Shown here in pieces: positions 17,580 through 25,272 of a DNA stretch of 41,470 nucleotides; position 1 is the stretch's first letter, and each line of letters opens with the position of its first letter. This DNA is from a virus. Its lineage: Duplodnaviria; Caudoviricetes. Below the pieces are notes generated by a model. It made no database searches and had not been told where the DNA came from. It saw only the letters and a program-made list of their open reading frames with translations. A program made the position numbers and the translations under genes. The DNA is taken from positions 1-41,470 of the IMG/VR virus record IMGVR_UViG_3300025875_000644. One strand, written 5' to 3'.

Positions 17580-17839
17580 CCGTTCAGGGGCTCGCCGGGA
17601 GCCGGACCCGCTCGGCCAGCACGTCCTCCATGTACGTCGACCCGACCGTGGTCGTGTACGTGACCGACGCCCGCCACGGGCTGTCCGGGGTCCACCGCAC
17701 CCAGCGGGACTGCCAGCCCGGCCACCAGCGGCCGTCGCGCTTCACCTCGACCGCACGCCGCGGGTCGAAGACCAGGCGGGTCGTCTCCTCCGCAGGTTCG
17801 GTCACGGCCACCACGGTAGGCATCCGGGGCCCCCGATGA
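17576..17839 (+). CDS. Sense 'bridge' ORF 1 spanning an antisense gene
   Basis: GTGA overlap upstream and ATGA overlap downstream; Ser/Arg/Thr-rich, not protein-like. Confidence 0.35.
   Translation: MTVQGLAGSRTRSASTSSMYVDPTVVVYVTDARHGLSGVHRTQRDCQPGHQRPSRFTSTARRGSKTRRVVSSAGSVTATTVGIRGPR
17584..17805 (-). CDS. Antisense leaderless small gene 1, Trp-rich, possible SH3/Tudor-like barrel
   Basis: MTEPAEETTRLVFDPRRAVEVKRDGRWWPGWQSRWVRWTPDSPWRASVTYTTTVGSTYMEDVLAERVR; TACCGT 7 nt before the GTG. Confidence 0.65.
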   Translation of the reverse strand: MTEPAEETTRLVFDPRRAVEVKRDGRWWPGWQSRWVRWTPDSPWRASVTYTTTVGSTYMEDVLAERVRLPASP

Positions 17840-18273
17840 GCCTCAGCGCCCGGCAGGCGTACGCCCTCGCGTACCCGCTCGGCTCGGCCGACTTGAGCTT
17901 GAGCGAGCTGGCGCCCTACCGGCGGGTCCGGCGGCACCCGCGCGGGCTGCTCACCACGGTCCTCGCCGTCGACAGGTAGGCCCGGCTCAACGATGGACGG
18001 CCGGTCTGGCACGTCTCCGCCTCGCTTCAGCGTCCTGGCCGCCTCCTCGACCTCCCGGCGCCCCTCGAAGTCGCAGCTCTGCGCCTCCTCGAAGGCGTCG
18101 GCGGCGACCGCGAGTGGTGGATCTGGCGGCCCACCGCGCACGTCGGCCACCTCCGGGTGGCCGTGACAGCCGACGAGTACGCCGCCATCCCGCCCGGCTG
18201 CGTCATCTCCGACGCCGGCGACAGCGGCCCCGAACGACCCCGCACCTATCCCCGGAAGGGAGGCACCTTGTGA
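17836..18273 (+). pseudogene. Hypothetical phage gene with an in-frame TAG at 17977-17979
   Basis: Frame continues after the TAG as ARLNDGRPVWHVSASLQ..LLEGVGGDREWWIW..VGHLRV to a TGA that overlaps the next start. Confidence 0.65.
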
Positions 18274-19241
18274 ACGCGACGCGCATCGACCGCACCCCGA
18301 AGCCGTGCCAGTGCGCAAGAGCTCAGCACCAGCACGGCACCCGGATGGCCTACATCCGGGACCGCTGTCGCTGCCTGCCGTGCTGCGCCGCGAACGCGGA
18401 CTACGCCAGCGTGCAGAACCGGCAGCAGGCATACGGCCGGACGCCCAGCGGATGGGTCGACGCCGAGCCGGTGCGCGAGCACGTGCGCGCTGTCCTGGCC
18501 ACCGGCGTCGGTTGGAAGAGGATCGGGAAGGTAGCCGGCGTCGCCAACGGCACCATGACCACGCTGCTGTACGGCAAGACCCGGGACGGCCGCCGCTCCG
18601 CCCCGTGCCGGCGAATGAACCCTGAGGCGGCCCGGCGGCTGCTCGCTCTCCCGCTGCCGACGGTGGACCAGCTGCCCGGCGCGGTCATCGTCGATGGCAC
18701 CGGTACTCGCCGGCGTCTGCAGGCTCTGGCCACCCTCGGCTGGTCCGTTGGCGCGCTCGCCAACGAAGCGGGCATCGACCGGCAGAGCCTCGACGGCGCG
18801 ATGCGCGGCAAGCCGGTGCTCGCACGTACCCGCCAGGCCGTCATCGCTCTGTACGAGCGGCTGTGGATGACGCCTGCGCCCGCCGACGACCACAGGCGGC
18901 GGATCAGCATCTCGCGGACCCGTCGCCGCTCGGAGGCCTCCGGCTGGCTGCCGCCCGCCGCGTGGGACGACGACACGATCGACGATCCCGCCACCATCCC
19001 GGCCGTCGAGCCAATCGGCAGCGTCGGCGAGGACATGGTCGATGAGCACGCCGTTGAGCTGGTGCTCGACAGCCAGCCGATGCACCTGACCGGGATGACG
19101 CTGGAGGTCGCCGTCAACCGCCTCGCCGCGGCCGGGGTCGACGTCGCCACCATCGCCGGACGCGTGCGTTCCGACCCAGCCACGGTCCGGCGGATCCGCA
19201 ACACCGCGCAGGCGCGTACCGCTCGACAGGCCGCGGCGTGA
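18270..19241 (+). CDS. Zn-finger plus multi-HTH DNA-binding phage protein
   Basis: C.C...H.HGT..Y...CRC.PC, VDAEPVREHV, GTRRRLQALATLGWS, PPAAWDDDTIDDP; GGAGG RBS. Confidence 0.8.
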   Translation: MNATRIDRTPKPCQCARAQHQHGTRMAYIRDRCRCLPCCAANADYASVQNRQQAYGRTPSGWVDAEPVREHVRAVLATGVGWKRIGKVAGVANGTMTTLLYGKTRDGRRSAPCRRMNPEAARRLLALPLPTVDQLPGAVIVDGTGTRRRLQALATLGWSVGALANEAGIDRQSLDGAMRGKPVLARTRQAVIALYERLWMTPAPADDHRRRISISRTRRRSEASGWLPPAAWDDDTIDDPATIPAVEPIGSVGEDMVDEHAVELVLDSQPMHLTGMTLEVAVNRLAAAGVDVATIAGRVRSDPATVRRIRNTAQARTARQAAA

Positions 19242-19432
19242 GGCCGCCGTACGACCCTCGGCACGTCGAGCGGGTCACCTTCGGAACGAACGACTCCACC
19301 GTCGTCATCGCCCGGTGCTCGTGCGGCGTCGACGGCGACCCGCACCCCCTCAACGCCCCGAACGCCGCGGGCGAGCTGGCCGCCGACTTCAACGCCCACC
19401 GGGCGACCTACGCCGCGGCGGTACCCGCATGA
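19238..19432 (+). CDS. Small hypothetical protein (CSCG)
   Basis: GTGA/ATGA-coupled. Confidence 0.55.
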   Translation: MRPPYDPRHVERVTFGTNDSTVVIARCSCGVDGDPHPLNAPNAAGELAADFNAHRATYAAAVPA

Positions 19433-19806
19433 CCACGACGAGCCTCCAGCAGGCGCACGGGCTACCGCAGGCCTTGCCCGGGCAGCGGCACACCCCGCTC
19501 GTCCAGCTCAGTGCGCTTCTTCAGCCAGTAGGTGCTGTTCGGTGCGTCGAGGGAGATCAGCTCCCACCCCTCGCCACCGAGGTCGTCGAGGAGGCGCATG
19601 AGCGCGTCGCCGGGCAGATGCGTGTCCACATCTCGGCGATGGCGGGCGTACTGCGGGCCGTTCACGGTCACGTACTCCGGCCCGCTGTTGGTGTCCTCGA
19701 CCTGCAGCGTCATGTACTCCCAGCTGTCCATACCGCGAGCCTCACCCGCGGGACGCCTGTACACAGCTGTGGACGGCCTCGACACGCTGCGGCGGTGACG
19801 GCATGA
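19429..19806 (+). CDS. Sense 'bridge' ORF 2 spanning an antisense gene
   Basis: ATGA overlaps at both ends; sequence is the shadow frame of the minus-strand gene. Confidence 0.35.
   Translation: MTTTSLQQAHGLPQALPGQRHTPLVQLSALLQPVGAVRCVEGDQLPPLATEVVEEAHERVAGQMRVHISAMAGVLRAVHGHVLRPAVGVLDLQRHVLPAVHTASLTRGTPVHSCGRPRHAAAVTA
19462..19731 (-). CDS. Antisense small gene 2, DUF4177-like
   Basis: MDSWEYMT..LLDDLGGEGWELIS..YWLKK matches the WEY..L..LG.EGWELV..FKR pattern; GAGGCT just upstream. Confidence 0.75.
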   Translation of the reverse strand: MDSWEYMTLQVEDTNSGPEYVTVNGPQYARHRRDVDTHLPGDALMRLLDDLGGEGWELISLDAPNSTYWLKKRTELDERGVPLPGQGLR

Positions 19807-20168
19807 CCGCCGCCGTTCAGCTCGACCTGTTCGCCCCGGCCACCGAGGACCGGCCCCTGCACCTCAACCCCGTGTGCACCGGCTGCGGCGCGACCTGCTC
19901 GATCCCGGTCAAGGGCGGAGCGGGCCCCAGCTGGAACGAGGCGGTGCTGTTCGGCTACGCCGCGATCAAGGCCCACGAGAAGCAGGGCTGCCCCGGCCAG
20001 ACCCCGATGGCCCGTGCCGCTCGACGCCGGCTGATCGAGGTGTGGTCGCACGACGAGAACACCCGCTCCGACACCGTCCGGTACGCCGACCTGCGCACCT
20101 CCACCTGGGATGCCCGGGCCGCGCTGATGCTGGCGCTCGGCCGTGAGCTGATCGAAGGCGTGGCATGA
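19803..20168 (+). CDS. Hypothetical phage protein (CxxC)
   Basis: MTAAVQLDLF N-terminus, CTGC; coupled. Confidence 0.65.
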   Translation: MTAAVQLDLFAPATEDRPLHLNPVCTGCGATCSIPVKGGAGPSWNEAVLFGYAAIKAHEKQGCPGQTPMARAARRRLIEVWSHDENTRSDTVRYADLRTSTWDARAALMLALGRELIEGVA

Positions 20169-20668
20169 GCGTCGACGTCCGGGCGATCACCGTCAAGCCG
20201 CCGTGGTCATGGGCGATCGCGCACGGCCAGAAGCTGGTGGAGAACCGCTCGCAGGGCACCAGCTACCGCGGCACCCTGCTGATCCACGCCGGCAAGGCCT
20301 GGTCGGCCCGCGGCGGGCACGACCCCCGGGTCGTCGCTGCGTGGGTGGCCACGGGGTGGCCCGCTGCCTGGATCGCCGACCAGGCCGTAGCCCGGCTCCC
20401 CCTCGGCGCCGTCGTCGCCGTCGCCCAGCTCGTCGACTCCCACCCCGACGCCGGCTGCTGCCGGCCCTGGGGCGAGTCCTCCTACGCCGAGGCCGGCGGC
20501 CGCGTGCGCACCGCCGTGCACCACCTGGTGCTCGAAGACGTCGTCCCGCTCACTGAGCCGATCCCGGCCCGGGGCGCCCTCGGCCTGTGGCGCCCGCCCT
20601 CAGACCTCGCCGCCGCGTGCGCCAGCGCCAGCGCCATGCCCGACCCGCAGCCCGGAGGCACCCGATGA
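20165..20668 (+). CDS. ASCH domain protein
   Basis: AITVKPPWSWAIAHGQKLVENRS..YRGTLLIHAGK..GAVVAVAQL..PIPARGALGLW. Confidence 0.88.
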   Translation: MSVDVRAITVKPPWSWAIAHGQKLVENRSQGTSYRGTLLIHAGKAWSARGGHDPRVVAAWVATGWPAAWIADQAVARLPLGAVVAVAQLVDSHPDAGCCRPWGESSYAEAGGRVRTAVHHLVLEDVVPLTEPIPARGALGLWRPPSDLAAACASASAMPDPQPGGTR

Positions 20669-21453
20669 CCGACACCACCGCCCTGATCGAGGAGCTGTTC
20701 TGCCAGGGCAACCGCCTGGAGGACATCCTGCGGGCCGGTCCGGACAACGGGTGGACCCGGGACGACGTCATGGCCGTGCTGCAGCAGCGGCAGTGGGACC
20801 TCGACGGGTCGGGCCGGCTGCCCCGCAGCAAGCGGAACACCCTGCCTCGGGGGCTGCGCGGGCTGCCCCCGGTCCCGGCCCGGACTCGGATGCCCTGCTC
20901 ACTCCTGCCGGTCTTCCCGCTCGCTCCGGCGACGGCCGAGCCGGTCAACGACGTCGTCCCGGGCGAGGAGCTCACCGCCCCCGCGGACCCGGTGGCGGAG
21001 CCGCAGGCCTCGGGCCCGGCTCCGTCACCGACCGCGGACCCCGCCCCGGCGACGTACCCAGCTGGGGAGACCGCGACGTACCCGGTGCGCAGTGGTGACC
21101 CGCTCGATGACGGGCCGGTCGCCGTCCCGGACGTGCGACCGATCGACGCGTGGGCCGAGCCCGCCAGCACGGCCACGCCGGTGCTGCACACCGTCCCGGC
21201 CCCCGAACCCGCGCCGGCCGCCGCCGAGCCGGCTCCCGTCGTGCTGCCGGCGCCCGGCCCGCGCCTGACCCGGTCCAGCGAGACCCGCGGGGTGCGCGCC
21301 ACCTCCGGCCGCGACCTCGACGAGTGGCTCGCGGCCTCCCAGGAGTCCCCGCACCCGACCGTCCGCCGCCGGGCGTCCACCGCCCTCGTCGCGCTGCTGC
21401 AGCTCCGGGTCGCGCTCGACGAACTGGCCCGAGCAGAACGGACCACCACGTGA
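20665..21453 (+). CDS. Pro/Ala-rich hypothetical phage protein
   Basis: GGAGG RBS, ATGA overlap. Confidence 0.65.
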   Translation: MTDTTALIEELFCQGNRLEDILRAGPDNGWTRDDVMAVLQQRQWDLDGSGRLPRSKRNTLPRGLRGLPPVPARTRMPCSLLPVFPLAPATAEPVNDVVPGEELTAPADPVAEPQASGPAPSPTADPAPATYPAGETATYPVRSGDPLDDGPVAVPDVRPIDAWAEPASTATPVLHTVPAPEPAPAAAEPAPVVLPAPGPRLTRSSETRGVRATSGRDLDEWLAASQESPHPTVRRRASTALVALLQLRVALDELARAERTTT

Positions 21454-21656
21454 CCGACCCGCCGGCACCGACCGACGACCAGCTGCTCAACGCCGTCGCC
21501 GTCACCTCCCATGCACGCCAGCTGCACCAGGCGTTCCTCGCCCGGGCTTGCGCCCACGCCGCCGAGCGTGGCCTGCCCGTCAGCGACATCGCCCGGGTCG
21601 GCGGGCTCACCTGCGAGCAGACGGCGGCCCTCATCCAGGAAGGAGCGCTCGCCTGA
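21450..21656 (+). CDS. Small HTH-like protein
   Basis: AAERGLPVSDIARVGGLT; coupled to rep. Confidence 0.6.
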   Translation: MTDPPAPTDDQLLNAVAVTSHARQLHQAFLARACAHAAERGLPVSDIARVGGLTCEQTAALIQEGALA

Positions 21657-22483
21657 TGGCGCGGATGCGCAGCCTCAAGCCGGAGTTCTGGCTCGACCGG
21701 AAGCTCACCCGCTCGCTGTCCCGCGACGAGCGGATGCTGTACCTGGGCCTGTGGAACCAGGCCGACGAGTGGGCTCGTGCTCAGGCCGACCCCCGGCTGA
21801 TCAAGGGGCAGGTCTTCCCCTTCGACGACGACCTGTCCCTGGACGACCTCGAGCGGATGCTGAAGGCGCTGGAGGCCGCCGGGGTGGCCCAGCTGTACGA
21901 GATCGACGGCGACCCGTACCTGTTCCTGCCGAAGCTGGCGAAGCACCAGCGCCTCGAACCGAACAAGGTCCCGTCGCGCCACCCCGCGCCGCCCCCGGAG
22001 ACACCGGAGCGGCTCCCTGAGCAGCACGTTCAGATCACACCCGATCCCCGTCCCACTCCTGCGCAGACCCGTCCGAGCGGCGCGCAGACCGATCCGGGCG
22101 CCGCTCGCGCTAAGCATGTAGCAGGTGGCAGGGAGCATGAGGCAGGTAGCAGGGAGCAGGTCTCTCCGAGGGAACGCGCTCCGCGCCCTCACCGATCGCC
22201 CACTCCCACAGACGACGCAGCAGCCGAAGACCCAGCCGCGCAGCAGCTCGTCGCCGCCTACGTCGACCTCCACACCCGTCGCCCGCCGAGCACCGTCGTC
22301 GGCCAGGTCGCCCGGCACGTCAAGGGCATGCTCGGCGAGGGGTTCGACGGAGAGCTGATCAAGCGGGCCCTCACCGAGCTCGTCCGCCGCCGGCTGAACC
22401 CGTCGACGCTGCCGTCGCTGGTCAACGAGCTGGCCAACCAGTCCGCCGTCGCAGCTGGCGCCAGGCCGTCGTGGGAGCTGTGA
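21656..22483 (+). CDS. Phage replication initiator (replisome organiser)
   Basis: MARMRSLKPEFW..RMLYLGLWNQADE......PRLIKGQVFPFD..KHQR N-terminal domain, low-complexity linker, precedes the helicase. Confidence 0.82.
   Translation: MARMRSLKPEFWLDRKLTRSLSRDERMLYLGLWNQADEWARAQADPRLIKGQVFPFDDDLSLDDLERMLKALEAAGVAQLYEIDGDPYLFLPKLAKHQRLEPNKVPSRHPAPPPETPERLPEQHVQITPDPRPTPAQTRPSGAQTDPGAARAKHVAGGREHEAGSREQVSPRERAPRPHRSPTPTDDAAAEDPAAQQLVAAYVDLHTRRPPSTVVGQVARHVKGMLGEGFDGELIKRALTELVRRRLNPSTLPSLVNELANQSAVAAGARPSWEL
22113..22161 (+). repeat. Seven tandem heptamers RGCAKGD inside rep (candidate origin iterons)
   Basis: AGCATGT AGCAGGT GGCAGGG AGCATGA GGCAGGT AGCAGGG AGCAGGT. Confidence 0.8.
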
Positions 22484-23840
22484 TGACCGCCCCCACGGCC
22501 ATCGAGCCGCACAACGTCGATGCCGAGCGCGCCCTGCTCGGCATCCTCATCGAGGCCCCGCAGCTCGCCGAAGCCTGCGGGGTCCGCCCCGGCGACCTCG
22601 ACCCCGGCCCCGGGCACCCCGAGATCCTCTCGGCGATCCTCTCCGTCTGGGAGGCCAAGGGCACCGCGGACCCGCTGCTGCTGGTCGACGAGCTCCGCCG
22701 CCGCGACCAGCTGACCCGGATCGGTGAGGGCGGGGAAGGCAGCGCGCACCGCGGCCCGCTGTACCTGCACGACCTGGTGTCCGGTGGCCGGACCCCGGGC
22801 ACGCTGGGGCACTTCGCGCTGTTGGTGCGGGAGTCCACGCTGCGCCGGCAGGTCCACGCCATCGGCGCTGGCCTGGTCCAGACGGCGACGTCGCAGGCGG
22901 ACCTGGACGTCGTGCTGGACAACGCCGCGGAGCTGTCGGTGCGCCTCGGCCTGGTCGTCGACGAGCCCATCGACGGGAACTCCCCGATCCCGGGGCTGGG
23001 GTTGGTCCGGGACTTCGTGAACGAGCCCAGCCCGCCGCACTCCTGGGTGATCCCCGGCGTGCTGGAACGCGCCGACCGGGTCGTGCTGATCGCCGGGGAA
23101 GGCGTCGGGAAGTCGGTGCTGGCCCGGCAGATGTGCACGCTGCTGGCCGCCGGCATGCACCCGTTCATGCCGCAGGTGAAGATCCGACCCCGCCGGGTGC
23201 TGCTCATCGACCTGGAGAACCCCGTCGACCTCGTCCGGCGTGGTCTGCGCGGGATCGTCGGGCAGGTCTGGGACGACGGCGCCGACGTCGGTGACCGGTT
23301 CTGGCGGTGGAACCGGCCCGGTGGCATGGACCTGCGGGCCCCCGCGGACCGGGCGCTCCTGGCCCGGGTGATCGAGCAGACCCGCCCGGACCTGGTCGCG
23401 ATCGGCCCGGTCTACAAGGCGTACGGGCGCCGCTCCGGGGACGACCACGAAGCCGGCCCGGCGGAGTTCGGGCGGCGGTCGATCACCTGCGGGAGCGGTA
23501 CGGGTGCGCGTTCTGGATCGAGCACCACGCGCCGAAGGGCGACGGCTCGGGTGCCCGCCGGTCGGACCCGATCGGCTCCTCGTACTGGATGCGCTGGCCG
23601 GAGTTCGGGCTGGTCCTGAAACGGGAGCCGGACAACCAGGACACCAACGCCTACGTGCTGGACCGGTTCCGCGGTGACCGCGACGTCCGGGCGTGGCCCG
23701 ACCACCTCTACAAGAGGGCCACGAAGTGGCCGTGGTCCGCGGACTACGACGCGGAGACGAAGGCCGCCCTGTTCGACGCCATCGACGAGGACCAGCAGAC
23801 CGCCCTACCCATCGACACCCCACCAGGAGGCACCTCATGA
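22483..23840 (+). pseudogene. DnaB-N / RecA-type (AAA_25) replicative helicase with a frameshift near 23460-23470
   Basis: PHNVDAERALLG, Walker A AGEGVGKS, VLLIDLEN, PDLVAIGPVYK; the C-terminus VRAAVDHLRERYGCAFWIEHHAPK..PIGSSYWMRWPEFG..FRGDRD lies in the -1 frame. Confidence 0.85.
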
Positions 23841-24187
23841 GCACCACCAGCGACCGCAACGACCCCCGGCTGACCCACGGCGTCGACGAGCAGCCCGTCG
23901 ACCAGGCACCCGTGGACTGGCGGGAGCAGCTGCTGCGCGTGGTGACCGAGCTGCGGTCGCCCGACCCGCGGGTGCTGATGACCGATGGCGAGCTGACGGA
24001 CGCCCTGCTGCCTGTGGCGGCCCGCCTGCGCGCCGAAGCCGCCGCCGAGGCGCTGGACGCGGCCTTCCGCGAGGACAAGACGACCGTGGCAAAGCTCGGT
24101 CCGGTCGAGCGCTTGACGTGCTACCTGGTGAAGGCCGAGGACCTGGTCGCCCGCGCTGCTGCTCTCCGTGCGGAGGCCCAGCAGTGA
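23837..24187 (+). CDS. Hypothetical phage protein
   Basis: AGGAGG RBS; ATGA overlap with the helicase C-terminal frame. Confidence 0.7.
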   Translation: MSTTSDRNDPRLTHGVDEQPVDQAPVDWREQLLRVVTELRSPDPRVLMTDGELTDALLPVAARLRAEAAAEALDAAFREDKTTVAKLGPVERLTCYLVKAEDLVARAAALRAEAQQ

Positions 24188-24378
24188 ACGCCACCTTCCC
24201 GATCATCACGTGCGACAGCGAAAGCGGCTGCACCAAGTGGACTCTTGATTGGTACGGGGCGCTGGCCGACAACTGGCGCGAGCTCACGGCGGACGGGTGG
24301 CAGTACAACCCGCACCGGCCGAACGAGCCGCACCTGTGTCCCGAGCACGCCGTCGAGCCGCTGGAGTTGGCCCGATGA
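24184..24378 (+). CDS. Small Cys-containing protein
   Basis: ITCDSESGC..GW..LCPEH; coupled. Confidence 0.65.
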   Translation: MNATFPIITCDSESGCTKWTLDWYGALADNWRELTADGWQYNPHRPNEPHLCPEHAVEPLELAR

Positions 24379-24738
24379 CCGCCGACAGCCCGGCCCCCGA
24401 CCGGACCACGGCCCGCCCCGTCCAGCCCACCGGTCCGTGCTGCGTGGACTCCGGGCCCACCACGCCGGCCTGCGCCACCCGATGCCCCGCAGCCGTGCCC
24501 CCGGCCACCGACAGCCCCAGCGGGGACGGAGCAGCGGCCAGACTGCGACCGGCTCTGCATGGCCCCGTTCGGCTCGCACCACCCTCGGCGCCCCGCCGCC
24601 CCGTCCCCGGTGGTGGAGCAGGGGCAGCAGGCGGACGAGCGGCCATGCAGGTTCTGCGGCGGACACGGCCACGGCGGCCCGAACGCCTACTGCGCGGACG
24701 AGCCGAAGGAACCCGCCGAACAGCTGGCCCAGCGGTGA
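24375..24738 (+). pseudogene. Cys/His-rich hypothetical gene, probably frameshifted near GGGG 24522-24525
   Basis: ATG 24375 frame; the +1 frame gives TEQRPDCDRLC..CRFCGGHGHGGPNAYCADEPKE and ends at GTGA 24735-24738. Confidence 0.4.
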
Positions 24739-25106
24739 GCCGGTCAGTTGTCCAGCGGCTCGACGTCCACGCCCGTCATCTCCACGGTGGAGCCCGGCAG
24801 TCCGCCCATGATGTGGTTCCGGATCGCCAGGTTCGCTGGCACGACGTAGCCGTTCACCAAGAACATCTGCAGGAGCTGCTCGGCGGGCAGGTGCTCGACA
24901 GCACTGAGCATCTGCTGCTGGGCGTCGAAGACCACGTCCGGGTCATCGACGGGCGGGCCGTCCAGGCCTTCTCGCAACCCGAAACCGAGCAGGGCCGACT
25001 TCAGCGTCTCGTCATCCACGGTGATGGTCGCGGTCAGTGCGCAGCGGTAGGTGCGGGGCGTCATAGCCGGCAGTGTGCCGCCTCGAGAGGTGGGCACCGT
25101 GGGTGA
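24735..25106 (+). CDS. Sense 'bridge' ORF 3 spanning an antisense gene
   Basis: GTGA at 24735 and GTGGGTGA overlap with the next gene; shadow-frame composition. Confidence 0.3.
   Translation: MSRSVVQRLDVHARHLHGGARQSAHDVVPDRQVRWHDVAVHQEHLQELLGGQVLDSTEHLLLGVEDHVRVIDGRAVQAFSQPETEQGRLQRLVIHGDGRGQCAAVGAGRHSRQCAASRGGHRG
24744..25064 (-). CDS. Antisense leaderless small gene 3
   Basis: MTPRTYRCALTATITVDDETLKSALLGFGLREG..; CACACT 7 nt before the ATG; globular composition. Confidence 0.7.
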   Translation of the reverse strand: MTPRTYRCALTATITVDDETLKSALLGFGLREGLDGPPVDDPDVVFDAQQQMLSAVEHLPAEQLLQMFLVNGYVVPANLAIRNHIMGGLPGSTVEMTGVDVEPLDN

Positions 25107-25272
25107 CTTGCTCGGATGGACGCGGCGCGGCTGCGACACCACCCATCGGACCGGGGTGCGCTGCCAGCTCGCCGACCTCCACGCCGGCTACCACCTGCAC
25201 GTCGGCGCCACCGTCACGGTGATGTGGGGCCGGCACCGCCAACCCGCCGCCCGGCCGGGGGGTGCACGGTGA
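25099..25272 (+). CDS. Small Cys/His protein
   Basis: GAGAGGTG RBS; C..RCQLADLHAGYH motif similar to 13964-14164. Confidence 0.55.
   Translation: MGDLLGWTRRGCDTTHRTGVRCQLADLHAGYHLHVGATVTVMWGRHRQPAARPGGAR

Noticed and set aside
17977-17979. Phage-wide amber recoding or pyrrolysine
   Set aside because: TAG acts as a normal stop for the integrase, RyR and MuF-like genes; no suppressor tRNA or pyl genes seen
22113-22161. Tandem repeat as a CRISPR array or DGR repeat
   Set aside because: Only 7-nt units with no spacers; no cas or reverse transcriptase gene in the window
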